Origin: Truepera sp.
GTDB lineage: Bacteria; Deinococcota; Deinococci; Deinococcales; Trueperaceae
NCBI GenBank assembly: GCA_965218435.1
Contig: CBDCKW010000005.1
Coordinates: 160,001 to 224,000 of the forward strand
Length of the DNA: 64,000 nt
Direction: 5' to 3'
This document shows, piece after piece, positions 28,810 through 39,753 of this stretch (positions are counted from its first letter, which is position 1; every line of letters begins with the position of its first letter). A model generated the notes under the pieces. The model had not been told where the DNA came from. It searched no databases and saw nothing but the letters and a program-made list of their open reading frames with translations. The position numbers were made by a program, and so were the translations under genes.

Positions 28810-29690
28810 TTAGTCCCCTGCGAGGGCCGCTTTCAGGGAAGGGGCGTGCTCGCGCCGCCACTCGGCCGAGTCGGCGCTGAGGCTAGGGTGCTTCATATCC
28901 GTGAAGTCCCCGAGCGCGAGCAAGGGCGTCGTCTTCGGTGCAGATCGCAGTATCCACAACGTGGATTGCAGCATGAGGCTGAGTTGCTGCCGGACGCCAC
29001 GCGTGGCCCCAGGTGAGGTGGCGTAGCGCCGCGCGATCGCCTCGAAGTCCTCGGGCTCGCGTCCCGTGAGATCACGCACGACGCTCGTCGGGGCGTTCAC
29101 GGCGAATGCGCCACGCCGGTAGTCGCGGACGTACTGGGTGTACTGCGCGATGCCGAACTCGGAAAGGCCCATCCCGCGCAGCACCTTGGTGAGGACACCG
29201 ATGGGCGCGTTTACGTACCGCACCCGGCGGCCGAGCGCCCGGCCCAGCGCGGCGGCGAGGTCGTGCGGCGATAGCAACGCCGGTCCAGTCGGGCGGTACG
29301 TCCGGCCCGCGTGCCCCTCGGGGCGTGCGAGGATCTCAGCGGCGACCCGAGCCAGGTCCTCGTTCGAGGGTGGCGCGTTCTTCCCTTCGCCGTACGGCAG
29401 CATCAGGAGGCCGAACTGCGCCGCGAAGGCCAGGCCCGCCAGGTCGTTGTCGGCGAAGAAGCCGAGGTTGAGGGTCGTGACGCCCACGCCCGTGTCCGGC
29501 AACAGGGCGAAGAGGCGGTCGACGAGCCAGGTCTCGCGGGTGTGGAGCGACGGGTGGGTGGGGCTGGCGAGCCACTGGCTCATCACAACGAGCGACTCGA
29601 GCTTTACTTCGGCGGCAACGGTCGCGAAGGCAGTCGCCGAACGCAGCGCCCCCTCCTCTAAGGGAGTATTGAAGGGGTCGAACGCCCTTA
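28810..29690 (-). pseudogene. NmrA-like NAD(P)-binding protein, 5'-truncated
   Basis: GFFADN, NAPPSNED, YRPTGP; N-terminal GxxG Rossmann motif absent. Confidence 0.65.
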
Positions 29691-30424
29691 CAATCCGAAC
29701 CGTAAGGGTTAGGGCCATACGTGGGTAAGCACCTCGTGCAGGGAGTTCAAGACCCTTACCTGCCACGCCGTGATCCGTTCCCAGACAAGCTGATGAGCAC
29801 CAAGCTTTGCCCCAAACTTACTGCAACCAAGGCCATGCCTACGGTGGCAGCTGAGATTGACAAAGTCCGGCGAAGCCACCGTGCTATCTTCTATTGCAGA
29901 AGCGCAAGCAGAAGGCTTACCACTACCGAATGTATAGAGCTAGGCAAACCAAGTGTTGACCGTAAAACCTCGCCCGAAAAGCCGCATGGAATGGGTGATA
30001 CAACGTTTTGTCCCGCCGTACTGGTGTGGTCACTTGCTCGGGTACTTCAAGTCCCGGATGTATTCGGCCTTCTACCACTATTATCAAGACTTCGGTCTGA
30101 TCTGCTACAGCTGAGATTAGAAAACAACCTCTCCCCTATTTCTACGATAGGTAACTCCCGTCAGCATTTGAGCAGTTCTGCTCGTCTGCACAGCAACCTG
30201 ATAAATGACACTCACCCCCCAGAACGTGTTTCAAATGAAAGAGACGCGAATACCATCTATCTTGCTAGTGTCAGAGACAGCGCCGTGCTGGTGGTTTAAT
30301 TCCTCAAGTCACCAGATTTTTGCTGTAGGACAAGACCCGGGGGTTATTGCAACAACAACCGGAGGTGCGGGACAACCTTTTGTTTTACAAGGCTAAGCGC
30401 CCATGCGTACTTAGTTTTGGACTT

Positions 30425-30991
30425 TCAAGCCTTACTGTCTGGTCCCTTTCTAGTTCTCCTTCGAGAGCTTGGGCTTGTTTTTCTCCCCTTGTTGATAAAG
30501 CATACATTAAAATAAAGAACCCCGCCGCAAGCGAACGGGGTATTCCAGTCAAACAAGCTCCCCTGCTGCGTCTGGTGCAGTTGTTGATAGTGCTTTCCCT
30601 GCTTTCTTACATACGAGCCTATCAAGCCTTCATCACCATGTTTGCCTACGGTACTGGCAAAGTAGCCATCCGACCAGAACTCTCCCCCCCAAAGCTTCTT
30701 CTTGACTTGTGGACATTGCCGGAACACTTCACGTGCGGTAATACTTTTGATCGTTCGCACGATCTTTACAACCGTGTAAGTGGGCACCGATTGCACCAGA
30801 AAATGGACATGATCCTTGTCTGTGCCTATCTCTAAAAATATGATCTCGTAACGCTTCTCAATCTCCACGCAGACTTCTTTGAGCACGTTGTCAACTTCAT
30901 CGTCTATCACCGCGCGACGGTGCTTCGCCGGAAAAACTATGTGGTACATCAGAATATTTACGTTGTGGCTCTTGTGGATATACTTGCTCAC
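30425..30991 (-). CDS. tnpA: IS200/IS605 TnpA (Y1 HUH transposase)
   Basis: YHIVFPAKHR, DHVH, FWSDGYF...SYV. Confidence 0.92.
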   Translation of the reverse strand: MSKYIHKSHNVNILMYHIVFPAKHRRAVIDDEVDNVLKEVCVEIEKRYEIIFLEIGTDKDHVHFLVQSVPTYTVVKIVRTIKSITAREVFRQCPQVKKKLWGGEFWSDGYFASTVGKHGDEGLIGSYVRKQGKHYQQLHQTQQGSLFDWNTPFACGGVLYFNVCFINKGRKTSPSSRRRTRKGPDSKA

Positions 30992-31025
30992 CTTGTGAGT
31001 CTACGCCGCAAGCGGCGGGGAATCA
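30515..31025 (-). mobile_element. IS200-type element without tnpB
   Basis: Related terminal hairpins CCCCGCCGCAAGCGAACGGGG (about 30520) and CGCCGCAAGCGGCG (about 31004). Confidence 0.8.
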
Positions 31026-31121
31026 GACCCCAAGAGATTCAAAACATCCTATTCTTTACGGCCTGATTGTGTCGTATACAAATTGCAACGTGAGAACCGC
31101 GCTAGGGGAAAAAGTGCGTTA

Positions 31122-31140
31122 TTGTCCCAGAGCGGGACAA
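31122..31140. promoter_or_regulatory. Candidate parS palindrome
   Basis: TTGTCCC-AGAGC-GGGACAA just downstream of parB. Confidence 0.55.
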
Positions 31141-31183
31141 AGGTTCAGTTATTGCGTTTACAGCGACCAAACAAGCACATTAT

Positions 31184-31996
31184 TTATTTCTCGAGTTCTC
31201 TCAATAAAGCTTTGAGCTGCTCGATGAGCGCCGACGTATCCGACTCACCAGGGCGATACTTGACCACGAGGTCGAACGCGCCTGAGTGCTTCTTTTTCAA
31301 TTCGAACGGCTTGACGGGTCGCCCACGAGTCCGCTTGGCTGTAGCCCCTTTTGGCAAAGCGGGTCCATGAAGTAACGTCTCGATCCGGGCTTGTCGCCGT
31401 TCGGAGTCGGCGATCTGCGCAACGGCTTCGGCTTGAGAGAAAAGCTGAGGCGATTCTTCGAGCATCTGCTGGACGTCTATGGGCATCTTGAGCAGTGCTA
31501 GTCGCCGCGACACGTAGCTCTTCGACTTTCCGGTGGCCTGTTCGAGTCCCCGAACGCTTGCACCTAGTTCTTTTTGGAGGTTAGCGAGCGCTCTCGCCTC
31601 GTCCATCAAGGTGAGGTCTTCGCGTTGTAGATTCTCGACAAGTTGAAGTTCTTTGATACGACTGCGGTCGTGTACCAGCTGTACCGGTGCCGCCTCGAGG
31701 CCCGCGAGTTGCGCCGCTCGAAAACGGCGTTCACCCGCTATAATGTAATACAGGTCATTTTCTCTATAGACGACAAGTGGCTGTAAGACACCGTGTTCTT
31801 GAAGCGATCGGGAAAGCTCTTTAAGCGCCTCCTCATCGAACACTTTTCGCGGCTGATCTGGGTCCGGCCGAATCCGGCTTAGCGGTACCAGCAGCGCGTT
31901 TTCATTACGGCCCTCTCGTTCAGCCAAAGGGTGGTCTCCCCCACTACGGTTTTCGGCCTTTACGTCCCCCTGAAGCCCACGTCTACGAGCTGGCAC
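31184..31996 (-). CDS. parB: ParB partition protein
   Basis: QPRK, GVLQP, GERRFRA, ENLQREDL, HTH. Confidence 0.93.
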   Translation of the reverse strand: MPARRRGLQGDVKAENRSGGDHPLAEREGRNENALLVPLSRIRPDPDQPRKVFDEEALKELSRSLQEHGVLQPLVVYRENDLYYIIAGERRFRAAQLAGLEAAPVQLVHDRSRIKELQLVENLQREDLTLMDEARALANLQKELGASVRGLEQATGKSKSYVSRRLALLKMPIDVQQMLEESPQLFSQAEAVAQIADSERRQARIETLLHGPALPKGATAKRTRGRPVKPFELKKKHSGAFDLVVKYRPGESDTSALIEQLKALLRELEK

Positions 31997-32783
31997 GTTT
32001 CAGCACCTCCTCTAAGAGTTTGTGGTAGTCCTCAGCGCCGCGTGAGGCGGAATCGTACTCGAAAATGCTGGTACGGCCACTGGCAGCCTCATCGAGGCGT
32101 ACTGTCTTATGAATCACCGTCTCAAAAACAGCGGTTCCGTAAGTTTCTCGTAAAACGCTTATCACATCGTTGGAAATCGTCAACCGACTATCGAAAATCG
32201 TTACGACGATGCCAAGCAGTTCGAGGTTGATATTGATGATCCGACGGATTTGATTGAACGTTTCGATAAAGTCTGCGACGGCGTTCAGGCCGTAATAACT
32301 CGCCGTCACCGGTACCAAAACGTGGCTGGCTGCGACGAGTGCGTTGGTAGTTAGCGCCCCCAACGAGGGGGGGCAATCGATCACGACATAATCGTAGGGG
32401 AGACCTTCTAAAGCTTCACGAAGGCGATAGGAATCGACGGCACCCTGTAGCTGAGGCTCGAGCTTGGCCAACTTGATATGCGACGCTACTAAATCGAGTC
32501 GTTTGCCAACCTCGTAAGCCGTCTCACGGACCGAAAGAACGCCGCTAAAGACGTCGAATACGGTGGGAGCAGTGGCTTGCTCGGATTGCGGCAAACTCTG
32601 TGTAGCGTTGGCTTGAGGATCGAGATCGACCAGCAAGGTCCGAGCTTGCTGACGCGAAAGCCCTGAAGCAAGATTGATCGCGGTCGTAGTTTTTGCAACC
32701 CCACCTTTTTGGTTGGCAATCGCTATAACTTTCAAAGCCTGACCATTTTCGGGGTTGCCCGCATCATTTTTTGATTCTAGCAA
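31983..32783 (-). CDS. parA: ParA/Soj ATPase
   Basis: KGGVAKT, DLDPQ, IDCPP. Confidence 0.93.
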   Translation of the reverse strand: MLESKNDAGNPENGQALKVIAIANQKGGVAKTTTAINLASGLSRQQARTLLVDLDPQANATQSLPQSEQATAPTVFDVFSGVLSVRETAYEVGKRLDLVASHIKLAKLEPQLQGAVDSYRLREALEGLPYDYVVIDCPPSLGALTTNALVAASHVLVPVTASYYGLNAVADFIETFNQIRRIININLELLGIVVTIFDSRLTISNDVISVLRETYGTAVFETVIHKTVRLDEAASGRTSIFEYDSASRGAEDYHKLLEEVLKRASS

Positions 32784-32811
32784 ATTTATTCCGGTCGTAT
32801 CAGTATACCCG

Positions 32812-32828
32812 CGTCCCGGAGCGGGACG
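32812..32828. promoter_or_regulatory. Candidate parS/operator upstream of parA
   Basis: CGTCCC-GGAGC-GGGACG. Confidence 0.55.
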
Positions 32829-33271
32829 AGTACACAGATGCCACGTCCCACACAGCCGAACTAGCGAAAGAATATTTTTCTATCTGATCGGCAAGACGCT
32901 CGTCTACAACTAGCGGTGAGCATTTTACACATAAAACTGCTTTTACTCAGCTCACTTCATTCATAAGGGGTGAGACAGAATGTGACACCTGTGCAGCTCT
33001 GCCGTCTAACATAGCGACCCAATGGTAATTCTATGATCTCTGCTTCCGCACCTTCCTAGCTTGCACCCAAACCGGCGTGACTTAAAGTGGCTGAACCGTC
33101 AAGACAACAGACTACAGTGAAGGGGGCGATTCGCCTATGCGAACAAGAGAGGGATTTCTCATCTTTACCATGCTTTTTTTGAGATAAGGAAAGCTGCTTG
33201 ACAATCGGCAGCAAGTAGACTTTAATTTGCTGCTAGGTATAAACCCGAAGACGTGAGAGACGTTGGCTTGC

Positions 33272-34391
33272 TAAGTACAACCAAGCTAACTCTACGCATT
33301 AATCGCATCCGAGACGGAGAGACCCGAAAAGACAGCCTCTCTGAGGCTTTTGAGAGAAGTGTATAAGCGTCTAGGCAGCAGAAACCCTTTAAGCACTCGC
33401 CAGCAAGCTTCAATGGGATTTAGCTGCGGGGAATAAGGGGGAAGATAACGAAGGAATAAACCGTGAGCTTGCCACTGAGGTTCTTTGGCTTTGATGTTAG
33501 CGGCTTTATGGAATCTCGCGTTATTACGTTGTGTTCTCGCTCCGCTCGGACCGAGTACGACGACAGTTAAACCTTTGGGGTCAGCCGCTGCCATAAGGCT
33601 GTCGAGAAACGCCTCACACTTTTTGGCGTCACAGCTACCCGCTAAATCACGGTAAACAAGCTTGTTAGCTGCAAAGTCTAATGCGCCTATGAGATTAAGC
33701 CTTCCGGCTGAACCCTGCCGTGAAGGAATCTCGAACTGAATCCCTGAACCTTTGAGCGTCCAAGTCTTGATGAGCTTAAGGACTAAACTAAACCCTACCT
33801 GGTCAAGGTAATAGAGCTTCAAGCGTCCTGCTAAAGCCCCCTTTTCAGGGTGTCCAACACTGCTTTATGATGCTTAAGCTCGTCCTCGCTGGGACGCTTG
33901 GCCGGGACAAACCGTCCCCTCTTCCAGCTGTAGCCCATTTCTCGCAACCTCAAACGAATACCTTCAGAACCAACTTTGACGCCGTAATCCTCGTTAATTA
34001 CCTCTGAAAGCTGCCGACACGCCCAGGTTCTTTCTTCTTTTAGCTTCGCTTCCATGAACGCTTTGATGGCTTCAGTAATAAGGGGGTTTTGACCTTGGTT
34101 CTCGACATGATCGGCTAAGCCTGCATAGCCCGCTGTCTCCCAGCGGGCAAACGTGGTTCTGACCGTATCGTAGCTTTTGCCTTTGCCTACATACTGGCTT
34201 ATCCCTTGCATGCTTGCGCCCTCATGTGAAAGTCTCAGCATCTGTACCCGCAGACGCACTTTCCAGTGAATATGTGTGGGTTCTGCTCCAAGGCTCTCAA
34301 CTTCTCGTTCTCTGCTTGGCTCAAAGTGATGTAGCGGTTCGCTCGATTTGCCATCCCTTATTATTGTGGAAAGTTGGCTTGGACGTACTTA
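33272..34391 (-). mobile_element. IS630-family element, defective
   Basis: IRs TAAGTACAACCAAGCTAAC / TAAGTACGTCCAAGCCAAC including TA; HTH ORF (33831-34354, frameshifted) and DDE ORF (33292-33822, LPPYSPQLNPIE). Confidence 0.88.
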
Positions 34392-34414
34392 GTGTAACAG
34401 GCTAGTTTCGAAAA

Positions 34415-35415
34415 GTGGACACGGTATTCGTAGGTTTGACATGCAAATAGACCGCTACTGCCCGTTATAACCAAGAATTCGAGGCTCATTTTCGTGTACC
34501 TGCGCCGAGTGCGGCGGGAATGGTGTTTATTCCCTCTGGCGTTACCATGTTAGAACAACGCTATGTTTTTTGCGTGAAAAAGGGTTCTGGGTGTCGTCGA
34601 AAGCACCTAACGATTATCGGGGTCTCGAAAGTATCGAATCGTGGTTGGCGTCGTGCAACCTGTAAGCGTAGTGACACGCACGCTACCGAGCCACACGGTT
34701 ACCCCGCCGTAATCCTTTTCTAAGGCCGTACAGTGGTACAGGTATTCGCCAACTGTGGGCATATTATTCGTTGCCCCATGTCAATTACTTATTGTGTTGT
34801 GGCGTAACTACTCAGGCGGGAGACCTCGACTTCGAGATCTTTCTATAAAGATTGGGGGAAAATCGGGGTAAAAAAGATTTCGGGCAGCAACAAAATGTGA
34901 CGTTCGCCGGAAGCACACCCCGGTCAATGACTTGATGTTGATACATTGCAATTGACCTTCCAAACAGTTTATATTTGTCACCCCCAAGAATATGGCTCAC
35001 CGACGCAAGAAACGCCTGCATAGGGGGACGAATAATTCGAGTAAAGGGGGCATGATGTTCGTAAAGGCAAGACACGATATTCGCTTGAAAGGGGCACGGT
35101 GTTCGCTTAGGGGGACAGCGTGTTCGTCTTTATGGGGCAAAGTATTCGTCTGCGGTGGACAGATTGTTCGTAACCGCTTTAGCGCCGTCTCATACGCTGG
35201 TTTCAAGGCTGCAAAGGTGCGCTACGCTTCTTCTTGACGTAGTTGGGGCAAGATGTTCGCTTTGGGTGTAAGTACAGACGTTGCGGCGTAAGTGTGGACA
35301 AAATATTCGTATCATCCGGTGTAAAACACCGAGCTCGGTCCTAAGGTGGACAAGATATTCGTTTTGTCCGGCATAACGGCGCGGCAAATGTGGAATTGGT
35401 CTTGACAATAATTCC
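34415..35415 (+). repeat. Iteron array / replication origin
   Basis: About a dozen copies of GKGGRCA-N3/4-TRTTCG upstream of rep, with roughly 20-24 bp periodicity at 35023-35172. Confidence 0.75.
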
Positions 35416-35463
35416 ACTCTAGCTTTAGGCTAATACAACGCACTAGGCTAAAGAGGAGCACTC

Positions 35464-36876
35464 GTGTCTCAAAGCGGCGAAAAGCTCGATCTCGAATTCA
35501 GTAAAGCGCGTGTCCGGCAAGCAAACATGCTGGCAAAAAGCGGTCAGGCCTTAGAGCTCAATGAGAAAAGGTTGATCTTTCTTACGATGGCGCGGATTAA
35601 AAGCGGCGATAAAGAACTCCTTACTCATAAGATCGGTATGAAAGAGCTTACCGAGCACTTTGGCGAGAATCCCTACGCTCGTGCTGAACGTGCTGCGCGG
35701 GGTCTACTGCGCCGTCAGGTCTTTATACCAACCGACGATGGGGGCTTTAAGGAGTTTCAGTGGACGACGCTCGCTCAGTACGTGCCAGCGGAATCGAGTG
35801 AGACGGGCGAATCTTACGTCAAGATCCGGCTCAACGAAGAACTTGCCCCACTTTTGCTCGAACTACGTGAACGCTACAACACGATCCCGCTTCTCGACGT
35901 GCTGCCGATGGAATCGTTTAACGGTCAGCGGCTCTACGAGATCTTGTGGCACGATTCGCACGGTGGCGAAAAGAAAGTCTTAACTTATAACATCACCGAT
36001 CTCAAATTCAGTATGGGGATGCGGGTGCTCGAAACCAAAGGGTCGAAAAAAGTCTGGACCGAAAAATACAAGGCTTGGCGCGACTTTCGTAAGATGCTTG
36101 AACGTGCCTGTCAAGAGTTTGAATCGCATGGCCGCCTACGCTTTTCGTTCGATCCACTGAGACAAGGCCGCGCGATCCAGCAAGTTCGCTTCCACCTTTC
36201 GCTAGTTAGAGAAGAAACGCTGCCCATCCCAGAACCTCGGCAGCTCACCTTGTCGGCTGAGGAGCAGAGCGTAGCTGACGAACTTCGCAGCACAGGCTAT
36301 ACGCTAGATGCCGACGCCTTTGTCTTGACCCACAGCCACGAAGTCGTCGCCCGGGCAATCAAGCTCGGCCGAGCCGCTGCCAGCCGCGGGAACGGCGTCA
36401 ATAAGCCGATCAGCAATCTGCCCGGTTTTATCAAGCATCTGGTAGATTCCGGGTCGGCGCTACGCTCGCTTAAACAAGACGCCTTAGGTAAACGAAAACG
36501 AGAGAAGCGAGCCGACGCGGACGAATTGGTCGAAATCATCCGGCACGCTTTCGACGCTTACCGTAACGAAGCGGCCGAGGGCATTCTCCAGACGCTCGAC
36601 GAAGATACGCTTTGTGCGCTTCCCGAGATGTTACGCGTCGAGCTCGAGACCCGCCACCGTCCCTACGTTCTCGACGTGCTAGAGAAAGCGGGCTGGCAGG
36701 GAGCCCAATATGAAATCGCCCGCAACAGCTATCTACTCGAGCTTTATAGCGATGAGCTGCCAGAAGCGGTTCACGACGTTGCGAGGTTTGTCGAAGAGAC
36801 ACAGATGCTTGCCAGTCAACCCAAAGAGGTTGCAGAACACGTCTTCAGCACCTTGAAAAACGACTTCGGTAGCTAA
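35464..36876 (+). CDS. Rep_3/RepB-type replication initiator
   Basis: QANML, LELNEKRLI, LAPLLLELRERY, RLYEIL; adjacent to iterons and parAB. Confidence 0.85.
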   Translation: MSQSGEKLDLEFSKARVRQANMLAKSGQALELNEKRLIFLTMARIKSGDKELLTHKIGMKELTEHFGENPYARAERAARGLLRRQVFIPTDDGGFKEFQWTTLAQYVPAESSETGESYVKIRLNEELAPLLLELRERYNTIPLLDVLPMESFNGQRLYEILWHDSHGGEKKVLTYNITDLKFSMGMRVLETKGSKKVWTEKYKAWRDFRKMLERACQEFESHGRLRFSFDPLRQGRAIQQVRFHLSLVREETLPIPEPRQLTLSAEEQSVADELRSTGYTLDADAFVLTHSHEVVARAIKLGRAAASRGNGVNKPISNLPGFIKHLVDSGSALRSLKQDALGKRKREKRADADELVEIIRHAFDAYRNEAAEGILQTLDEDTLCALPEMLRVELETRHRPYVLDVLEKAGWQGAQYEIARNSYLLELYSDELPEAVHDVARFVEETQMLASQPKEVAEHVFSTLKNDFGS

Positions 36877-37004
36877 TGAGTGTTCCCAGTCACGGGTGCG
36901 TTGAGCTTCGACGTCTTACCGAATAGGGGAGACCAAGGACCTGGTAGATACGGTCGTCAAATGGTCCTTGAGCGAGCGTTCGTCAGACGAGCCTAAGGTT
37001 ATCG

Positions 37005-38450
37005 TGGAGTTGGTCAGGTCAAACGGACAAAAAAGTCTACCTCAAGCAGCGAGGTTGACCAAGTGCTGAGATTCAAAATCATTGGGGCAGACATAGCCGA
37101 GGCTGCTATGAAGTCGCCAGCTGTTGTAGTACATCAAGATGAAGTCCTTGATGGCCGAGGCAGCCTGATCTCGGGTTTGAAATGACGTTTGATATACCAA
37201 ACCCTAATTGCTAGTCAGCCTCAGTCAAGCTTGGCAAGCACAATAGCGAGCAAGGAAGCGTGAACCTTAATGAAGAAACCTTCGTTGGTACGAACCTTAA
37301 GCGTTTGTGTGCCCATACTTTCGAGTTGGCTGTTGAGGGTTTCAATGCTTTTACGGTAACGCTGGAGTGAGAAGAATTCAGATAGTGTGTTTTGTTCCAT
37401 ATTTTTACGGCGAGCGGGTATGAGCTTTACCGCTGTTTCTGTCAACAGCGTGGTTTCGTCATCTCTACTGTTATAGGCTTTGTCAGCGTAGACACTTGCG
37501 CCTTGAGGTAAGCCGTAGCAGAGTTCATGCACAGGGGTAAGGTCGTATAGCAGGCCCAAGAGGGCCGGGGCACTGCCCCCTATGCTGATGACTGGCCTCT
37601 AGTAAAGCAAAACTCACCGGGACACCCGCAGGTGTACAAACTAGATGTAAGCGCCAACCGAAGAATTTTTCTTTTTTAGCAGCGCAGTAGCTGCAGAACG
37701 CCTTACCTTTTACCTTCTTACAGCGTCTTGCACGAACCCGTCGGCACACGGGTACAGGCAAACTGTCAATGATAAACACCTCCCCTCGGTTAAAGAGTTT
37801 GCTAAGCAACCCAAGTAGCCCTTCAAGCCAAGCTGCTAAGGCGTGAAGTCGGCGGTTATACCGTGACACACTTAAGCGGGGAACGTGACCTGAGCCAATC
37901 ATGACTGACAAGGCACGTTCCTGATGATTCTGAAAGTATTTCGCTGCTACCACTGCAATGGTTAAAACTTCCGGGTCGCTAACCGTGGCTAGCGGGTGAC
38001 TTTCATGCCCCAGACTTTGCAAGGTGTCGGCAATGATGCTGTAAGCGGCTATGATAAAGCTGTCGTCCATGTCGGCTGCTCCTTTACTGATGTCCTCAAA
38101 CACCAGCTTAGAAGTCAACCGCTTGGGCGGCAACTAGCAATTAGGGTACCAACTCTTTTTTGAGGGTAGCGGAGAAGCTTTCGGTGTAGGCGTTGTCGAG
38201 GCATGCGCCAGTCCCGGTAAAACTGGCTCTCATGCCTGCTGTAGCTAGCGCTCGGGCATAGGCGTAAGAGGTATATTGACTGCCCCTTATCACTGTAGTG
38301 GATGAGACCCTTAGCCGGGTGCCGCCCTGGTTTGGCCATCGCGAGCGCCTGAAGCACCAATTCGGTTTTCATGTGTGCTGCCAGGGCGTAGCCGATGATG
38401 CGTTTGGAACAAGCGTCCATTACGGCGGCTAGGTAAAGCCAACCCTCTTT
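37005..38450 (-). pseudogene. IS3-family transposase 3' remnant, split by IS982
   Basis: DACSKRIIGY...HYSDKG...DNAYTESF..TLKKELV continues at 37200 as YQTSFQTRDQA...YYNSWRLHSSLGY; terminus TGGAGTTGGTCAGGTCAAACGGACA at 37005. Confidence 0.85.
37201..38147 (-). mobile_element. IS982-family element, transposase frameshifted
   Basis: Perfect 15-bp IR ACCCTAATTGCTAGT; flanking ACCAA duplication; IIDSLP, ADKAY and RKSIE motifs in two frames. Confidence 0.92.
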
Positions 38451-39517
38451 AAATCATCTGCGAAATAACTTTCTAAGCAACCCACGTTGTTGAAGCTTGA
38501 CTTTTGCTCAGTCCCGTTTCTTACCAAGCCAAGCGGTTGAGCTTTCTAAAGTTGTGGAGTCCGGCGATGGTTAAGAAGGTGTCGTCGTAAACCTCGTGGT
38601 CGCCTCTATAAACACCCTCTAAGAGCTTGAACCGTTGCAGATGGGCAAAGGCATGTTCAACTGGGATACGAGAAGTGCTGATCACTTGGTTGAGGTATTT
38701 TTGAATAAGGTCTAAAGGTTTGTTGCGTCTTGCTTTACGGGGTTGATGAAAAACGCGCCGGGGATGTTCTCGGTCAATACTGTCATAGCCTTTGTCTAGT
38801 CCTACACAGAGATTGCCGGGTAAATCATGTAAAACTCGCGAGGCCCTAAGTAGATGTAGGTCACTGACTTTGCCGGGAACAAAGCGCGACAGCTGCAGGA
38901 TAAGACCTGTGGTGCTGGTGGTGGCTTGAGTTTTCAGACTATGACATTTCTTTTTGCCCGAATAGTTGTCTCGGCGTTTTTGCTTATCTTTAGGCTTTTG
39001 AACTTCTTGTTCAGTCGCGTCGATGAGAACGTCTTGTATCTCAGGGTGCTTCCTCAAAAGTTCTTCCAAGCTGCCGATACGTTTGCCGGTCTTTCCGACT
39101 TTACCAAACAGCTGGGCTTCTCGTACCGGCACAGGCAATACCGCTGCCAAACAAGGCTGCAAGCGCCTGATCAGCCGACTGACATTGCTATCATCCAAAT
39201 CAACCAGGTAGCCCAGCAGCAGTTGCGTGATATATAGGCGGTAGTAAACCAGCAAAACCAGCACCTGATCCTCTACGGCTAACTTGGCCTAGCGTCCCCC
39301 GCCTGGAGCCCGTTGGCGCTGTTTCATTGGCCGGGTGTAAGCGTCGGCTCCCTGCTCGCTTTGGGCTGCCGCTACTGCTATAACCAGCGTGTCAAACTGC
39401 GCTACGCTTAAACCGGTGAAGTTGTGGAAGTGTCCGGGTCGTTTTCGCAGTCGTTCAGCTCTTAGCATAGGCTTTACTTTACCTGTCTTCCTTCAAAGCT
39501 TATTTCGCAGATGATCT
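38451..39517 (-). mobile_element. IS5-family (ISL2-like) element with an internal stop
   Basis: IR A(A/G)ATCATCTGCGAAATAA; transposase 39468-38521 with TAG at about 39290; IDATE, YSGKKK, DKGY, RIPVEH. Confidence 0.85.
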
Positions 39518-39753
39518 ATTAAATGTCTGGTTTAATAAAGCTGCTACTCACTGCGTCGCTAGCAAGCGTTTCAACCGAAGGAGGCTGCAAAGTCAAGCTG
39601 GGTTAGGGTCGGGAATGTCGGCTTGCCCCCGTTGCCCAAGCAGCACAACATATGAATAGCATTCCTGTCCTGTTAAAAATAGTCTTGACTGCATCCTGTT
39701 ATTATGAAAACAGAAGTTCTGAATCAACGCGAGCACATACTCATTTTTAGGAG

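Noticed and set aside
29721..30299. 192-aa ORF between the NmrA remnant and IS200
   Set aside because: No recognisable motifs or ribosome-binding site; probably decayed DNA.
30425..31025. tnpB/RNA-guided nuclease associated with IS200
   Set aside because: The terminal hairpins enclose only tnpA.
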